Shown here: positions 38,084-50,721 of the stretch, one piece after another
How the letters are laid out: each line of letters starts with the position of its first letter
Position numbering within the stretch: position 1 is the first letter of the stretch
Translations under genes and position numbers: made by a program
Source: Octopus sinensis
Taxonomy: Eukaryota
DNA length: 64,000 nt
Assembly (NCBI RefSeq): GCF_006345805.1
Contig: NC_042998.1
Location: 170,500,001-170,564,000 of the forward strand
Direction of reading: 5' to 3'
Notes under the pieces: generated by a model
What the model saw: the letters and a program-made list of their open reading frames with translations, nothing else
What the model was told of the DNA's origin: nothing
The model's database searches: none

Positions 38084-39062
38084 ATGGAAAATCTGATGAC
38101 ACCCCCAGGGGACCTATGTCATGAAAAAGAAAGATTGTTGACATTCTCTGAAAATATTCAACAAAAACTAACAGCTACAGAGCTTGCTGCAAATGGTTAT
38201 TATTATGATAGCACAGAAGGAAAAATACTGTGCTTTTTCTGTAAATCTGGACTGGAATTTTCAGATTCCACTTTTAAACATAAATATTCGTGTGAAGATA
38301 AAGTTGACAATTGTCCAGTTTATTTACATAATGATACAGATATTAAAAATGCTGCAACTATTAATGTCCAAATCACTGAACAAGAAAATGAGATTGTAGT
38401 GACAACTAGTACTGAAAATATTATTCCAAATGAAAATGAAATGCTTGATATGCAAAAGAGACTGGATTCCTTTGAAAATTGGGACAAAAGCATACCAGTA
38501 ACACCCACAGGTCTTGCCAAGAATGGATTTTATTACCTAGGTTATGATGATGCTGTTAAATGTGCATACTGCTCTATCCAACTGCGCAACTGGAAAGAAA
38601 ATGATGATGTCCATAAAGAACATAGAAATTTCAGTCCAAAATGTCCAAATTTAGAATCTTTCATGAAAATAGATTTCAAATATGAACTGAATCGGCTAAA
38701 AAGTTTTGCCAAAGCTTTCTCAACACCTCTCCCATTAAAAGCTAAAGATTTGGCAGCTAATGGATTCTACTACAAAGAGCCTACTGATAATGCCTGTTGT
38801 GTTTTTTGCAAATGTGAAATCAACGATTGGAAAGCTAATGATGATATTAAAGAAAAACATAGGTCAATTTATCCGAACTGCCCTTTCTTGTGTGAGAAAT
38901 TGGTAGGTAACGTACCAATACCAAATCAGAGTAATAAATTTGATTCTCCAGTACATCCACATTTTACCTCATTTAGTAAACGCCTTAAAACATTTTCTTC
39001 ATGGCCAAAGAATAAAAACCAAAATCCTGAGTCTTTAGCAGATGCTGGATTCTTTCATAATG
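38084..39062 (+). CDS. IAP: IAP copy 2 first coding exon (BIR1-BIR4a), paralogue of 6779-7757
   Basis: Same length (979 nt) and same donor G|GTAAAT (39063); 25 amino-acid differences from copy 1; open frame. Confidence 0.93.
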
Positions 39063-40117
39063 GTAAATACATACAATATTTATATATATATATCTTTGGT
39101 TACTCTCTTTAGTACTATTTCCAATTTTCATGCCTGCACATATAGCATGATTTTGAAAATTGGTTCTTTACATATTGTTAGAGACAGCTGGATAAACTAA
39201 GGTAAGCAAAGAAAATATACCCTAACTCTATTTTTCAAGGGCCCAATATAATGACTAAGAAATTTTGAGCTATTAATCAGATTATTAACTTTACCATTAC
39301 ACCTAGCTTGCCTCTGAAAATTTAAAATTACCTTTTATTTTGTAAATAGAAACATTATTATTTCTAAATCTCTCAACGAGAGACATTCATTAACAGTACT
39401 CTAAAGTAAAGATTATTTGCCAACATATTGTGGCAGCCCTGGTTGGGACGAATGTTACTGTTATTTAGCCCCAGGAAACATTGTCTCCTATATGACACAC
39501 TATCTGTGTCCTTATATTTTCAAACAGGGGAGTTTAGCATCCCGTTATTTAGAAAATTTTAGAAAATTTAACAAAACATTAATAGTAAAGATAAATAAGA
39601 AAGCATAATACAGAGTAATCATCTTTGAGTTTATTAATATTGTGTTTTTGATTGTTAGAATTTCTATTTTCTGGTGCCATATTTATTCATCAAACATGAA
39701 AGAAACACAGTTTGCTTTGAAAAGAATTTAAAAGAAAGAAAGTGTCAATGATACAGATTGATGTATTCTGTGAGAAATAAGAGAAACACTATGTTAGTAA
39801 TCTGTACAACGCTTATTAGTTGACCATTACTTTCCTTTTGGTTTTATTGTCTTAAAGAAAATAATTAAGAAGTTTAAATTCGTTCATCAGAGCCTTTACA
39901 CGAAATTGCAATAACTGTTCTGTTGTTAAAAATGCTAAGTACATACTAACTTCATTTGATCTTTAGTTAATGGCAGAATCAGCAGAGAACTAGGCTGTAG
40001 TTAGGTCTCTTTACATTCTGAATTCTTGCATAATCATACTGAATTTTTCAATTCCTAATTTAATCTTTCAGACTTGTGTGTTATAATTATTCTCTTTCAT
40101 TTTCTATTGGTCTGCAG

Positions 40118-40299
40118 GAAAAGCTGATACAGTAATTTGTTTTAGCTGTGGTGGTGGCTTATGTAATTGGGAGGAGGATGACATTCCATGGGAAGAACAT
40201 GCTCGGTGGTTTCCAAGATGTACTTTTGTACAACAAAAGAAAGATCCTAAATACATCAGAGAAGCAAATGTAAAACACAGAGTATCTTCAGATGACTTG
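40118..40299 (+). CDS. IAP: IAP copy 2 second coding exon (BIR4b) with intact canonical donor
   Basis: ctgcAG acceptor; CFSCGGGLCNWEEDDIPWEEHARWFPRC...VSSDDL; donor GTAAGT at 40300 (phase 0). No downstream UBA/RING exons found by eye. Confidence 0.9.
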
Positions 40300-40974
40300 G
40301 TAAGTTAATAAAAAATAACATCAATAACAACAAATGAATAACTTACAATTCATGTTTCTGATAAATAACCTTTATTAAAAGCTAGACTAATCTTACTGCT
40401 TCAAGTGTACCCTTGTTAATTCACACATGTATTTCAAGAGTTAAAGGAGCATTTTGTACATTATATCAGGGTTTAGAGAAATAACAATCTGAAAAAAAAG
40501 AAAAAAATATATTGGTCAACAGTTATCTGATAGGTAACAAAGAATTAAGAAGCAGAGATGAGGGTGGCATTTACGATTGTTTCGATTTACTGGGGTAAGT
40601 AAATCTCTTTAGAATGCAAATATAGATAGATGCATTGATTAGAATGCGAAAATGATTGATACATATGTCATTCTAATGTAAACAAATTGGTAATTCTTAC
40701 ATTGAGATTTTGTTTTTGCACTGGTAAATTCGCTGGGTAAAGGTTTGTTTGTGGTAGATTGGTTAGTTTTATTGGGTAATTAGGGCAGGGTGAGTATTAT
40801 TTAGGTGCTGGCTATCTCATTTAATTAAGCACATTTTTTTTTCATGTGTTTATCCTGTACCTACCCAGCTAATAGCCAGGTACCGACTGTACCTACCCAG
40901 CTAATAGCCAGGAGTGACTCTGGATTTAATTATCCCTTAGAGGTATTAAACCCCTCTAACTTGATACCTATATA

Positions 40975-41680
40975 TATCATCATCATCATCAGCGTTCAAC
41001 GTCCATTTTCCATGCTAGCATGGGTTGGACGGTTCAACCGGAGTCTGGGAAGCTAGGAGGCTGCGCCAGGCTCTAGTCTGATCTGGCAGTGTTTTTACAG
41101 CTGGATGCCCTTCCTAACGCCAACCACTCCGTAAGTGTAGTGGATGCTTTTTATGTGCCACCAGCACGGGCCAGAGGAGCCTGGCAAATGGCCATAATTG
41201 GTTGGTGCTTTTTACGTGTCACCGACACGGACGCCAGTCAGGTGGCGCTGGCATCAGCCACATTCGGATAGTACTTTTTATGTGCCACCGGCACAGGTAT
41301 CACAACTACCATTTCCATTTGATTTTTGTTTTGATGTTGATGTTGATGTACTTCACTCAATAGGTCTCCTCAAGCACAGTGGGTCACCCTACGATCCAAT
41401 GTTAGCACAGCAGGCCGTCCTGCGAGCCATGAACTCACTTCATTTGTCGGGTCTTCCCAGTCACAGCATATCTCAGAGGTCTTGGTCTTACATCATTGCT
41501 TCTGTGAGGCCCAATGTGCCACCGGCATGGGTATCACTAGTACAATATCCATTTGATTTTTATTTTGAGGTTGATGGACTTAACTCAATAGGTCTCCTCA
41601 AGCACAACGGGTCACCCTATGATCCAAGGTTAGCACAGCAAGCCGTCCTGCGAGCCATGAAGTCCCTTCATTTGTTGGGT
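40975..41680 (-). mobile_element. RTE 3'-UTR fragment with internal duplication
   Basis: (CAT)n tail at 40975-40990; reverse-complement match to 26800-27535. Confidence 0.85.
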
Positions 41681-41869
41681 CTATTAATATTAGGTATGTC
41701 AATACCCAGATATAGTTACTTCCATACCTATACTTTCAGTCCTTTGTACTCATACACATACACACACACACACACTCACGCGCACACACACTTGCTTATA
41801 TGGGCAGTTATGTAGGTGTCATTAAACTGTCCAAGCATTCATGTATCCTACTGTGATGTAGGCACCACA

Positions 41870-42935
41870 TTGTCAGTTCAACAACCTGAGTGATCATAAA
41901 TCTCTTAGTGTCTTTACTATTATGAGGTGTTAAAACAGCTCAAATGTTGGCGTGATATATCTCAGCTTTGCAAAAGCTTTTCATATGTCAAAAGCTGCAT
42001 AATCTCGGCATAGTCGGAAAACTTAGAGAGTGACTACATAACTTTCTAAAAAATAGATGCCAGGTATTGGCAGCCAACATTTCCACCTCCAAGGAAATGC
42101 CAATAATGGGTGGTGTTCCACAGAGCACTGCCTTGGGGACAGTGCTATTCATAGATGCCTTCTCAGACATGCCCTGAGCTGCTCAGATAGCCACCTTTGC
42201 TTGCTTTGCAGATGATACAAAAGTCTCTCAGAGGATACAGAGCTCTGGAGATTTTGCACATCTGCAACAGGAGTTGGGTGCCATATATAACTGAGCTGAG
42301 GAAAATATACAGTATAAGGCTGGAAAATTCCAAGCCCTGTGCTACCAACACATGAAGCTAAATGAAAAGCAGACAAGATATACTAGCTCAGGAGGAATTG
42401 CAATCCCTGAATCAAAATCACTGCATAACCTAGGTAACAACATGAATAAGGATGCATCTTTCCAGGTGCATATTACTAATTGGCAATAAAATGCAGACAG
42501 TTGGATGAATGGAGCCTTAGAACTTTCAGAACTAGAGAACAGGTAATTATGCAGGTCCTCTGGAGGACATTTGTCCTCAGCCATTTAGATTACTGCTCCT
42601 GACTATAGTCACTACACTGAAAAATTGACTACAGAACTCAAAGCAATCCAATGAAGCTACACAAAGATCATCTCAATGTGACAGGTCAGCTACTGGGAGA
42701 GGCTGAAAAAGTTAAGACTCTACTAGAAGGAAAGTGGGAAAGATGTTCAGTGATATACATCTGGAAAATCCTTGAAGAACTTGTACCAAACTTTAACATT
42801 ATAAGTTACAGAAACTGCAGAATGGAGCACCACTGCACAGCACCAAAAATCTCAACATTGCTATCAGGATACAGGATTGGATACTGCAACAACTTGGGCT
42901 TCAAGGACACACAGCTTTTCAATATCCTCCCACAA
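41870..42935 (+). mobile_element. Highly decayed CR1/L2-group LINE (RT region)
   Basis: DVIYLSFAKAF, PQSTALG, FADDTK and YIWKILEELVPNF remnants. Confidence 0.75.
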
Positions 42936-43699
42936 ACCTGCCCAGGTGGGGATGGGGTGGAGGTGGACATTAGAAGGATGATAAGAAAAGAGGCAAGTGG
43001 GATGGGAACGTTTTAGAGGAGTTGGGGTGAGCTTAGCTAGCTGCAGGGAACAGAAGCTATATAGTAGCAATAGAAAAGACAGAGAAAGGAGACAGAGGAT
43101 GGAGAATGTCTGTGAGTGACTTAGTAATTCATCTATTACATGACCAAAGCATTGGGATTGAAATTGGTTAAATAGAAACTGCGGAACCCTTCCAAATGAA
43201 GTACAACTAATGTGAAAAGCCAACCTAGCTCACACCAAATATGTAACCAATTGGGGAAATGAAGAAACCTGTGACCCACAGCTCTCTGTCAATAGAATTG
43301 TTCATCTGATATTTAGTAGGTTGCAAAAGTAAATAAGAAGTTTTTAGGGAAATTAACTAAGTGTAAAGATTTAAGTGAAATTTTTGAAGTCACTTCTGTC
43401 AGTAAATTATGAAGTTACTTTTATCAGTAATTCCATCAACAACAAAAACACAAAAATGTTGCAAAATTAAATAAGAAATTTGTAGGCAAATTTAATGAAG
43501 TGTTTGGATTGAAGTAAAATTTATTAAGTTACTTCTGTCAGTAAATTATGAAATTACTTTCATCTGTCAGTGTGAACTTCTTTCTGTCAGTAATTTGTCG
43601 TTGTTGCTGGTAAATATCAATTGAACTTAAAGTGAAAACAATAGCATCTGGAAAATGAAAATCAAAACAATAGAGAGTGAGTGAGATATATAGAGAGAG

Positions 43700-44130
43700 G
43701 GAGAGAGAGAGCTAGTTAGACAGACAAATAAGAAATATGGTCGCGTGGTGTTCCAGATTCATGAGGATTTCTTTAATTCTTGTGAGGCAATCTTCAAACT
43801 TGCCTATGTGATTTGGGGCATCCGGTGGGCAATATGTATTGCATATGACTATATTATGTTGTCTTATGTATACAATTAAGGTGTTACATACCGAATTTGA
43901 GTATGTCATCAAGACCTGGGGTGTGATGTCATCTCGGATGTATACAGCAACTCCACCATGCCTCCTTTCCCTTCTGTCTGTTCGCAGTATGGCATAGTTT
44001 GGTATGTGTACTTCTGCGTCCTCTATATCAAGGTTGAGGTGAGTTTCCACAAGTGCTATGCATAGGGCTTGATTGCATGCAGTAAGATCTCTCAGGAAAG
44101 AAATTTTGTTTCTATTTTGATGCAACAGGC
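43700..44130 (-). mobile_element. LINE apurinic-type endonuclease (EEP) domain fragment
   Basis: IALVETHLN..I.DAEVHIPNY..LRTDR..RRHGGVAVYIR..NTYCPP. Confidence 0.85.
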
Positions 44131-44182
44131 CCCCAATATTTAGTAAAAGTATATATACATATATACTATATATATATATATA

Positions 44183-45075
44183 CTTTTTTTTTTTTGAATT
44201 TCAGCTCAGAGCTGCGGCCATGCTGATGCACCGCCGTTTTGTGCTACACTGTTATTACGACGAACCTCGTCTACTATGTGGCACGTGGTGAAGATTGGAG
44301 TTTGATATAGCTACTCTCATTTGCACCTCTTGCCGTGAGGTAGGTTCATCTGGGACTCTTGACAGGAAGATGTCCAGCTTTGATTTAAAAACCGCTACAT
44401 CTACTTTGTGCAAGTTCCTCAGACTCTTTAGGAGAATATTAAAAAGCTGTGGGCCCTTGAAACCCAGGCTGTTGCAGAAGCTGGTCCTGAAGCGTGATGG
44501 CATTGCTGGGGTCTTTGGCATTATGCAGTGTCGTCCCGTTCTAGCATTGGTGTAGCCTACAATGCCAAAATTTGGCACAATTCCTTCCAGGATCTTCCAG
44601 ACATATATTACTGCATACCTCTCCCGTCTTCTCTCCAGGGAGTAGAGTCTTAGCTGTTTCAACCTTTCCCAGTAGCTGAGCTGTTGCAAAGAGATGATCT
44701 TCTTTGTGAATCTTCTCTGGATTGCTTCAAGGTCCGCTGTTAATTTTACTCTGGTGGGTGACCATAGCTGTGAGCAGTAATCCAGGCAACTGAGGACGAA
44801 TGTCCGCCAGAGGACCTTCATGGTTTCCTTATCTCTGGTTCTGAATGTTCTTAGGATCCACCCCGCCAGTCGTCTGCACTTTGTCGCCATCCTGGTAATG
44901 TGCACTTGGAAAGAGGTATCATCACTCATGTCGATACCCAGGTCCCTCACAGACTTAGGCTCTGGGATTGAAATTCCCTGTGGACCGGTGTATCCTGTAA
45001 GTTTAATATTCAGTTTTGGATGCTGGTAGAGCAGGGCCTGGAATTTTTCAGCATTAAACTGCATATTATCCTCAT
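44183..45075 (-). mobile_element. CR1/L2-group LINE 3' fragment with stem-loop end and polyA
   Basis: ORF 44255-45220: FNAEKFQAL, VRDLGI, LDYCSQLWSP, LYSLERRRERY. Confidence 0.88.
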
Positions 45076-45108
45076 ATATATATATGAGGATATATACTAT
45101 ATATATAC

Positions 45109-45154
<46 letters not shown>

Positions 45155-45176
45155 TATATATATACATATATACATA

Positions 45177-45590
45177 GGCGTAGGAGTGGCTGTATGGTAA
45201 GTAACTTGCTTACAAACCACATGGTTCCGGCTTCAGTCCCACTGCATGGCACCTTGGGCAAGTGTCTTCTACTATAGCCTTGGGCCGACTAATGCTTTGT
45301 GAGTGGATTTGGTAGACGGACACTGAAAGAAGCCCGTCATATATATGTATATATATATATAAATATGTATGTGTGTGTATATGTTTGTGTCTGTGTTTGT
45401 CCCCCCAACATTGCTTGACAACCGATGCTGGTGTGTTTACGTCTCCGTAACTTAGCGGTTCGGCAAAAGAGACCGATAGAATAAGTACTAGGCTTACAAA
45501 GAATAAGTCCTGTGGTCGATTTGCTCAACTAAAGGCAGTGCTCCAGCATGGCTGCAGTCAAATGACTGAAACAAATAAAAGAGTAAAAGA
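45177..45590 (+). mobile_element. Full-length tRNA-derived SINE
   Basis: tRNA-like head (gtggctgtatggtaag..ggttccggcttcagtcc), CORE-like cttgggcaagtgtc, central microsatellite, LINE-like 3' stem-loop. Confidence 0.88.
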
Positions 45591-45602
45591 GTATATATAT
45601 AT

Positions 45603-46666
45603 TGTTACGAATCACCTGCCTGCCGTCGCTCAAACTCTTCGGAAACCCGGGACCCTATCAAGTCGAGCAACGATGATTGCACCGGCCCAGTCAAACGGAG
45701 AATTCGCCACACAGAAAGGACTCGGTGGGGGATGGCAGCGAACCCAGCAACCGGAGAGAACCACAACAACAACAGCAGGAAGAGATACAGAGAGAGACGG
45801 CAGAAGGCAATTGGCTTACATTTAACAACAGTTTATGACAATTACGACATCAAATACAATGTGATACATATCAGAGATACATTAAAGAAAATAACATGCA
45901 AGAAAACAACAAAATCAAAGCATTTAAACAGTTCACGTCGAATAAAAACAGAATGTTCACAATATAGCACAGTCCGGAGACAACAGTTCAAATCAGTTCA
46001 ATATTCTACATTAGTCTCTCTCTTTCTTTTTCTTTTCAACACAGTTCTTTCTTTTTCCTCTTTCCTTCTTTCTCTTTTTTTTACATCAATTCTCTTCTTT
46101 AGTTCAACAATTCTTTTCACAATGTCTTTACAATCTCATTTCTTTTCTTTAACAACTCTTTTTAACAAAATTCACATCAAAACATAAACAACACGTACCG
46201 TTACATTTTCTAGTTACAACAATTTCAGAAACTCCCATCACGAATAGCCAATGCCTTCATGCCATAATCCCTCTCTCTCAGTTCCTTAATCCTATCTGCC
46301 TGTCTTCCTCTACGCTGTCATCCTCTCGCTTGTCATCTCTCACATTAACTGTCTGTCTTTCTCAACGATGTAGTTGCCTTTCCCATCGGCACCCTCCTGA
46401 CTGACTGTCCGTATCAATCTTGTCTCTGGCCAAAACCGACGACCGACTGCCTGCAATCCCAACTGCCGACTGACTGACCAACTCCCAGTGCATCGCATTT
46501 TAAAGGGTGGTCTCTTAAACTTTCCTTGACCGGCACAGGGCCAAAGGTCTCCTCCGAATACATAAAACTTTCCAGAAACTGACAGAACAAAAGATTTACC
46601 CGTCTCCCTGACGCCAGATCACAAAAGTAGGTCGTAGCACTCAGTTTCTCAACTGAACCCATATCA
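45603..46666. mobile_element. Probable solo LTR (about 1.06 kb) inserted in (TA)n
   Basis: Ends TGTTAC...ATATCA (TG..CA), flanked by ATAT on both sides (not diagnostic inside a TA run); no long ORF. Confidence 0.55.
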
Positions 46667-46751
46667 ATATATACTATATATATATATATATATATATACG
46701 GAAAGCGGATGTTAAATGATGATGATGATGATGATGATGATGATATATATA

Positions 46752-46809
<58 letters not shown>

Positions 46810-46909
46810 TTATACATATATAACCCATGCTAGCATGGAGAACGGACGTTAAACGACGATGATATATATATATTTATACATATATATAATATATATATAT
46901 TATTTATAC

Positions 46910-46940
<31 letters not shown>

Positions 46941-46944
46941 TTAC

Positions 46945-47118
46945 CCACTACACTCGTGGAGTGGTTGGCGTTAGGAAGGGCATCCAGCCGTAGAAACACT
47001 GCCAGATCTGACTGGGCCTGACGAAGCCTTCCAGCTTCACAGACCCCAGTTGACCCGTCCAACCCATGCTAGCATGGAAAACGGACGCTAAACGATGATG
47101 ATGATGATGATGATGATG
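46945..47118 (+). mobile_element. RTE 3' terminal copy with (ATG)n tail
   Basis: Matches 27365-27535. Confidence 0.85.
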
Positions 47119-47156
47119 ATTTATACATATATATAATATATATATGTATATATACA

Positions 47157-48790
47157 AAAACACAATTCAGCAGTAGGCCCCGATAGGTTCCCTGCTTGTG
47201 TCCTGAAGGTGTGTCGACACCAACTTGCATCTCCCCTTGCTAATCTGTGCAGAAACTCACTGGATGCTGGCTATATTCCAAAAAACCTTCTGTCCCAGTC
47301 TGTTGTCCCAGTTTTCAAAAAGGGAAACAAGTCCCTTGCAGTGAATTACCGTCCGATCTCACTCACCTCTCATATCATCAAGGTATTTGAGAGGGTGGTG
47401 AGATCTCGAATAACCCAATTTCTGGAAAGCAACAGACGGCTGATCTCCAACCAACATGGGTTCCGTAATGGAAGGGACTGCCTAACGCAGCTCCTGCATC
47501 ACTTTGAGGACATTTTGAGAGCTTTGGGAGAGGGCTCCAACACCGATGTCATCTACCTTGATTTCAGTAAGGCCTTCGACAGGGTCGATCACAAGATCCT
47601 ATTGAAAAAACTATCCAACATTGGTGTCTCTGGAAAGTTACTGAAATGGATCAAGTGTTTCCTGACAGACAGATCTCAACATGTTGTAGTTGAAGGGGTA
47701 AAATCAAGCCCAGCCAAAGCCAGTAGTGGCGTTCCGCAAGGCACTGTGCTGGGCCCACTTCTTTCATCATTTACATTAATGACATTAATGACATCATCAA
47801 GCACAGCAACATAAAAATCTTTGCAGATGACTCCAAGCTACAGAAGGTCATAAATGAGGCGAGTGACCGGACATGCCTTCAGTCAGATCTACTGGCTGTT
47901 ATCCAATGGGCAGAAAAAAACAATATGCTGCTGAACGAGGATAAATTTGAGCTAATCCACTTTGGAAAAGAGGATGCCCTGAAACTCCCATACTCCCTTC
48001 CTTCAGGTGAAACTCTCGTGGCGTCCAACAACATCAGAGACCTGGGAGTAATTGTGGACAACAACATAAGCTGGGCCACTCATATAAACACCAAAGTTGA
48101 CATGGCCCGCAGAATGTGTTCCTGGATTCTCAGAACTTTCCAGTCGAGAGATATCCACACCATTATCCTTCTCTTCTCCACTTTTGCCCGACCCCACCTT
48201 GAATACTGTTGTCCACTGTGGTCTCCCCACACAATACAAGGTATCATAAAAGTTGAAGCACCTCAAAGGGCAATCACAAAAAAGATAGATGGCATGACAG
48301 GCCTCGACTATTGGGGTCGACTAGAAAAGCTAAAACTCTATTCTCTCCAACGTCATCGTGAGCGCTACATCATCTGCATGATGTGGAAAATATTCCATCA
48401 GCATTGCCCAAATGATGTTGGCATCACCTTTAAGGTACATCCAAGGCTTGGGCCCCGTGCCATCCGCCCAAAACAAAAATCGCACTCTCATCTCATAACA
48501 ACAATACGGCACAATTATTTCACCTCAATTGGCCCCGCTCTCTTTAACATTACACCAAAACACATTAAAACAGAAACTGACCCTATAGGGTTCAAGAAGT
48601 CTTTGGACAGATTCCTTCAAGAAATCCTGGATAAACCCCCTACACCCGGATATGTCTCTGTAAACAATAACTCTCTACTTGAGTGGGCCATAGTGCCCAA
48701 ATTCTGACTTGAAAGACTTCACCAGGTGGTGCTATTAAGTTAGACATGGCCTGGGCCAATAATGGCCGAAACCTATCAAAGTATCAAAGT
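47157..48790 (+). mobile_element. CR1/L2-group LINE, 5'-truncated, one RT frameshift, (ATCAAAGT)2 tail
   Basis: VVPVFKKG..NYRPISLTSH, QHGFRNGRDCLTQLL, YLDFSKAFD, PQGTVLGP, FADDSK; octamer tail 48775-48790. Confidence 0.92.
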
Positions 48791-48892
48791 ATATATATAT
48801 ATTTATACATATATATAATATATATATATATATATAATATATATTTATACATATATATAATATATATATATATATATATTTATACATATCTC

Positions 48893-49265
48893 TCTATATA
48901 TAAACGGAAGTTTGTCTGTGCGTGTTTCTGTGTGTCTGTTTGCTTGTACCCTCACTCTGACCACGGCTTTCAACCGATTCTGATGAAACTTGACACACAC
49001 ATAGCCCAATGTCATAATTCAAAACTAACGCAGCGAAAATTTTTAAAAGTTCCCCCAGTTCTGAAAAAAATCGATAAATTCGACATGGGGTCGAGAATCA
49101 AAAAAAATAAACCACAGACTGTCTAGGGGACGCAACTCAACCTTTTTTTACTCTCAAAAAAAAATTTACCATAATTTTTTTTCTATTTTTTGGCTATAAA
49201 CTCTCTAAAAATGCTTTATAGTTATTTCCCTTACAAACCTGAGCAACGCCGGGCGATACTGCTAG
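48893..49265 (+). mobile_element. Complete non-autonomous Helitron (about 370 bp)
   Basis: 5' TC(TATATATAAA), internal (tgtc)-type microsatellite, 3' hairpin CCTGAGCAACGCCGGG and terminal CTAG followed by T. Confidence 0.85.
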
Positions 49266-49393
49266 TATATAATATATATATATATATATTTATACATATA
49301 TAATATATATATATATATATTATACATATATATATATATATATATATAATATATATATATATATTTATACATATATATATATATATATATAAT

Positions 49394-49952
49394 ATAAATA
49401 TAAGAGAGTGGTCACTATATGGCTCACTCTAGCACCAGTTAATCCAAAAGGTTTCAACCACAAAAATACATGCTTCCCATGAAAGTCAGTACGATTGTTA
49501 GCTCACACGGACAGGGCAAATAAAAAATAACAAAAATACAGATTATTTTGGGACAATTGTTTCGCTATTAATGAATTAAATGTAATTTTACTTACAAAAA
49601 AATCCACTTGTAGCTCCTCAGCCAAAACTATCTGGATGAAATGTAATCAATTGAACCACACGCGTATTTATCGTTATGGTAAAATCTGGCGTGTGATTGA
49701 GTGGATTTCATCCAGATAGTTTTGGCTGAGGAGCTACAAGTGGATTTTTTTGTAAGTAAAATTACATTTAATTCATTAATAGCGAACAATTGTCCCAAAA
49801 TAATCTGTATTTTTGTTATTTTTTATTTGCCCTGTCCGTGTGAGCTAACAATCGTACTGACTTTCATGGGAAGCATGTATTTTTGTGGTTGAAACCTTTT
49901 GGATTAACTGGTGCTAGAGTGAGCCATATAGTGACCACTCTCTTATATTTAT
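49394..49952. repeat. Near-perfect inverted repeat (arms about 249 bp, 62-bp spacer)
   Basis: 49394-49642 is the reverse complement of 49705-49952; spacer and right arm recur directly at about 50173-50520. Confidence 0.95.
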
Positions 49953-50521
49953 TTTGTAAAAATATTATAATATATTATAAAATATTATAATAATCCAGGT
50001 TTCTCGGAGCACTAGGCCACTTGGTGTTGAATAGATATACTATTAAATTAGTATCTAATTCTCTCACCCTTATTAATTAATTATAATTATGCTGCATTTA
50101 TTTCTAAATGCTGTATTTGTTTTCCGTGAAAGTTTGGCGCGCTGTTAGTTGGGGCATTTGAATTATAACGTCGGATGTAATCAATTGAACCACACGCGTA
50201 TTTATCGTTATGGTAAAATCTGGCGTGTGATTGAGTGGATTTCATCCAGATAGTTTTGGCTGAGGAGCTACAAGTGGATTTTTTTGTAAGTAAAATTACA
50301 TTTAATTCATTATAGCGAAACATTGTCCCAAAATAATCTGTATTTTTGTTATTTTTTATTTGCCCTGTCCGTGTGAGCTAACAATCGTACTGACTTTCAT
50401 GGGAAGCATGTATTTTTGTGGTTGAAACCTTTTGGATTAACTGGTGCTAGAGTTATATTTATTTTGTAAAAATATTATAATATATTATAAAATATTATAA
50501 TAATCCAGGTTTCTCGGAGCA

Positions 50522-50621
50522 NNNNNNNNNNNNNNNNNNNNNNNNNNNNNNNNNNNNNNNNNNNNNNNNNNNNNNNNNNNNNNNNNNNNNNNNNNNNNNN
50601 NNNNNNNNNNNNNNNNNNNNN
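50522..50621. other. Assembly gap (100 N)
   Basis: Run of n. Confidence 1.
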
Positions 50622-50638
50622 ACATATATATTGTAGAA

Positions 50639-50721
50639 TAACTACACGTGTTTCGTGGCTATATTTAAGAAATGATAACAGTAAAATCAATTCAATGTAA
50701 ATATCGTCACTCTTCAGGTTA
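50639..50721 (-). ncRNA. Type-I hammerhead ribozyme motif, family B, essentially intact core
   Basis: Minus strand: TAAC-CTGAAGA-GTGAC-(46 nt)-GCCAC-GAAAC-ACGT-GTA-GTTA; stems I and III pair, stem II has one mismatch. Confidence 0.75.

Noticed and set aside
48754-48772. Hammerhead at the CR1 3' end (GGCC-AATAAT-GGCC-GAAAC)
   Set aside because: No upstream CUGANGA; it is better explained as the LINE 3' recognition stem-loop.
50087-50323. 78-aa minus-strand ORF as an exon
   Set aside because: No recognisable homology, and it lies in the rearranged, gap-adjacent block.
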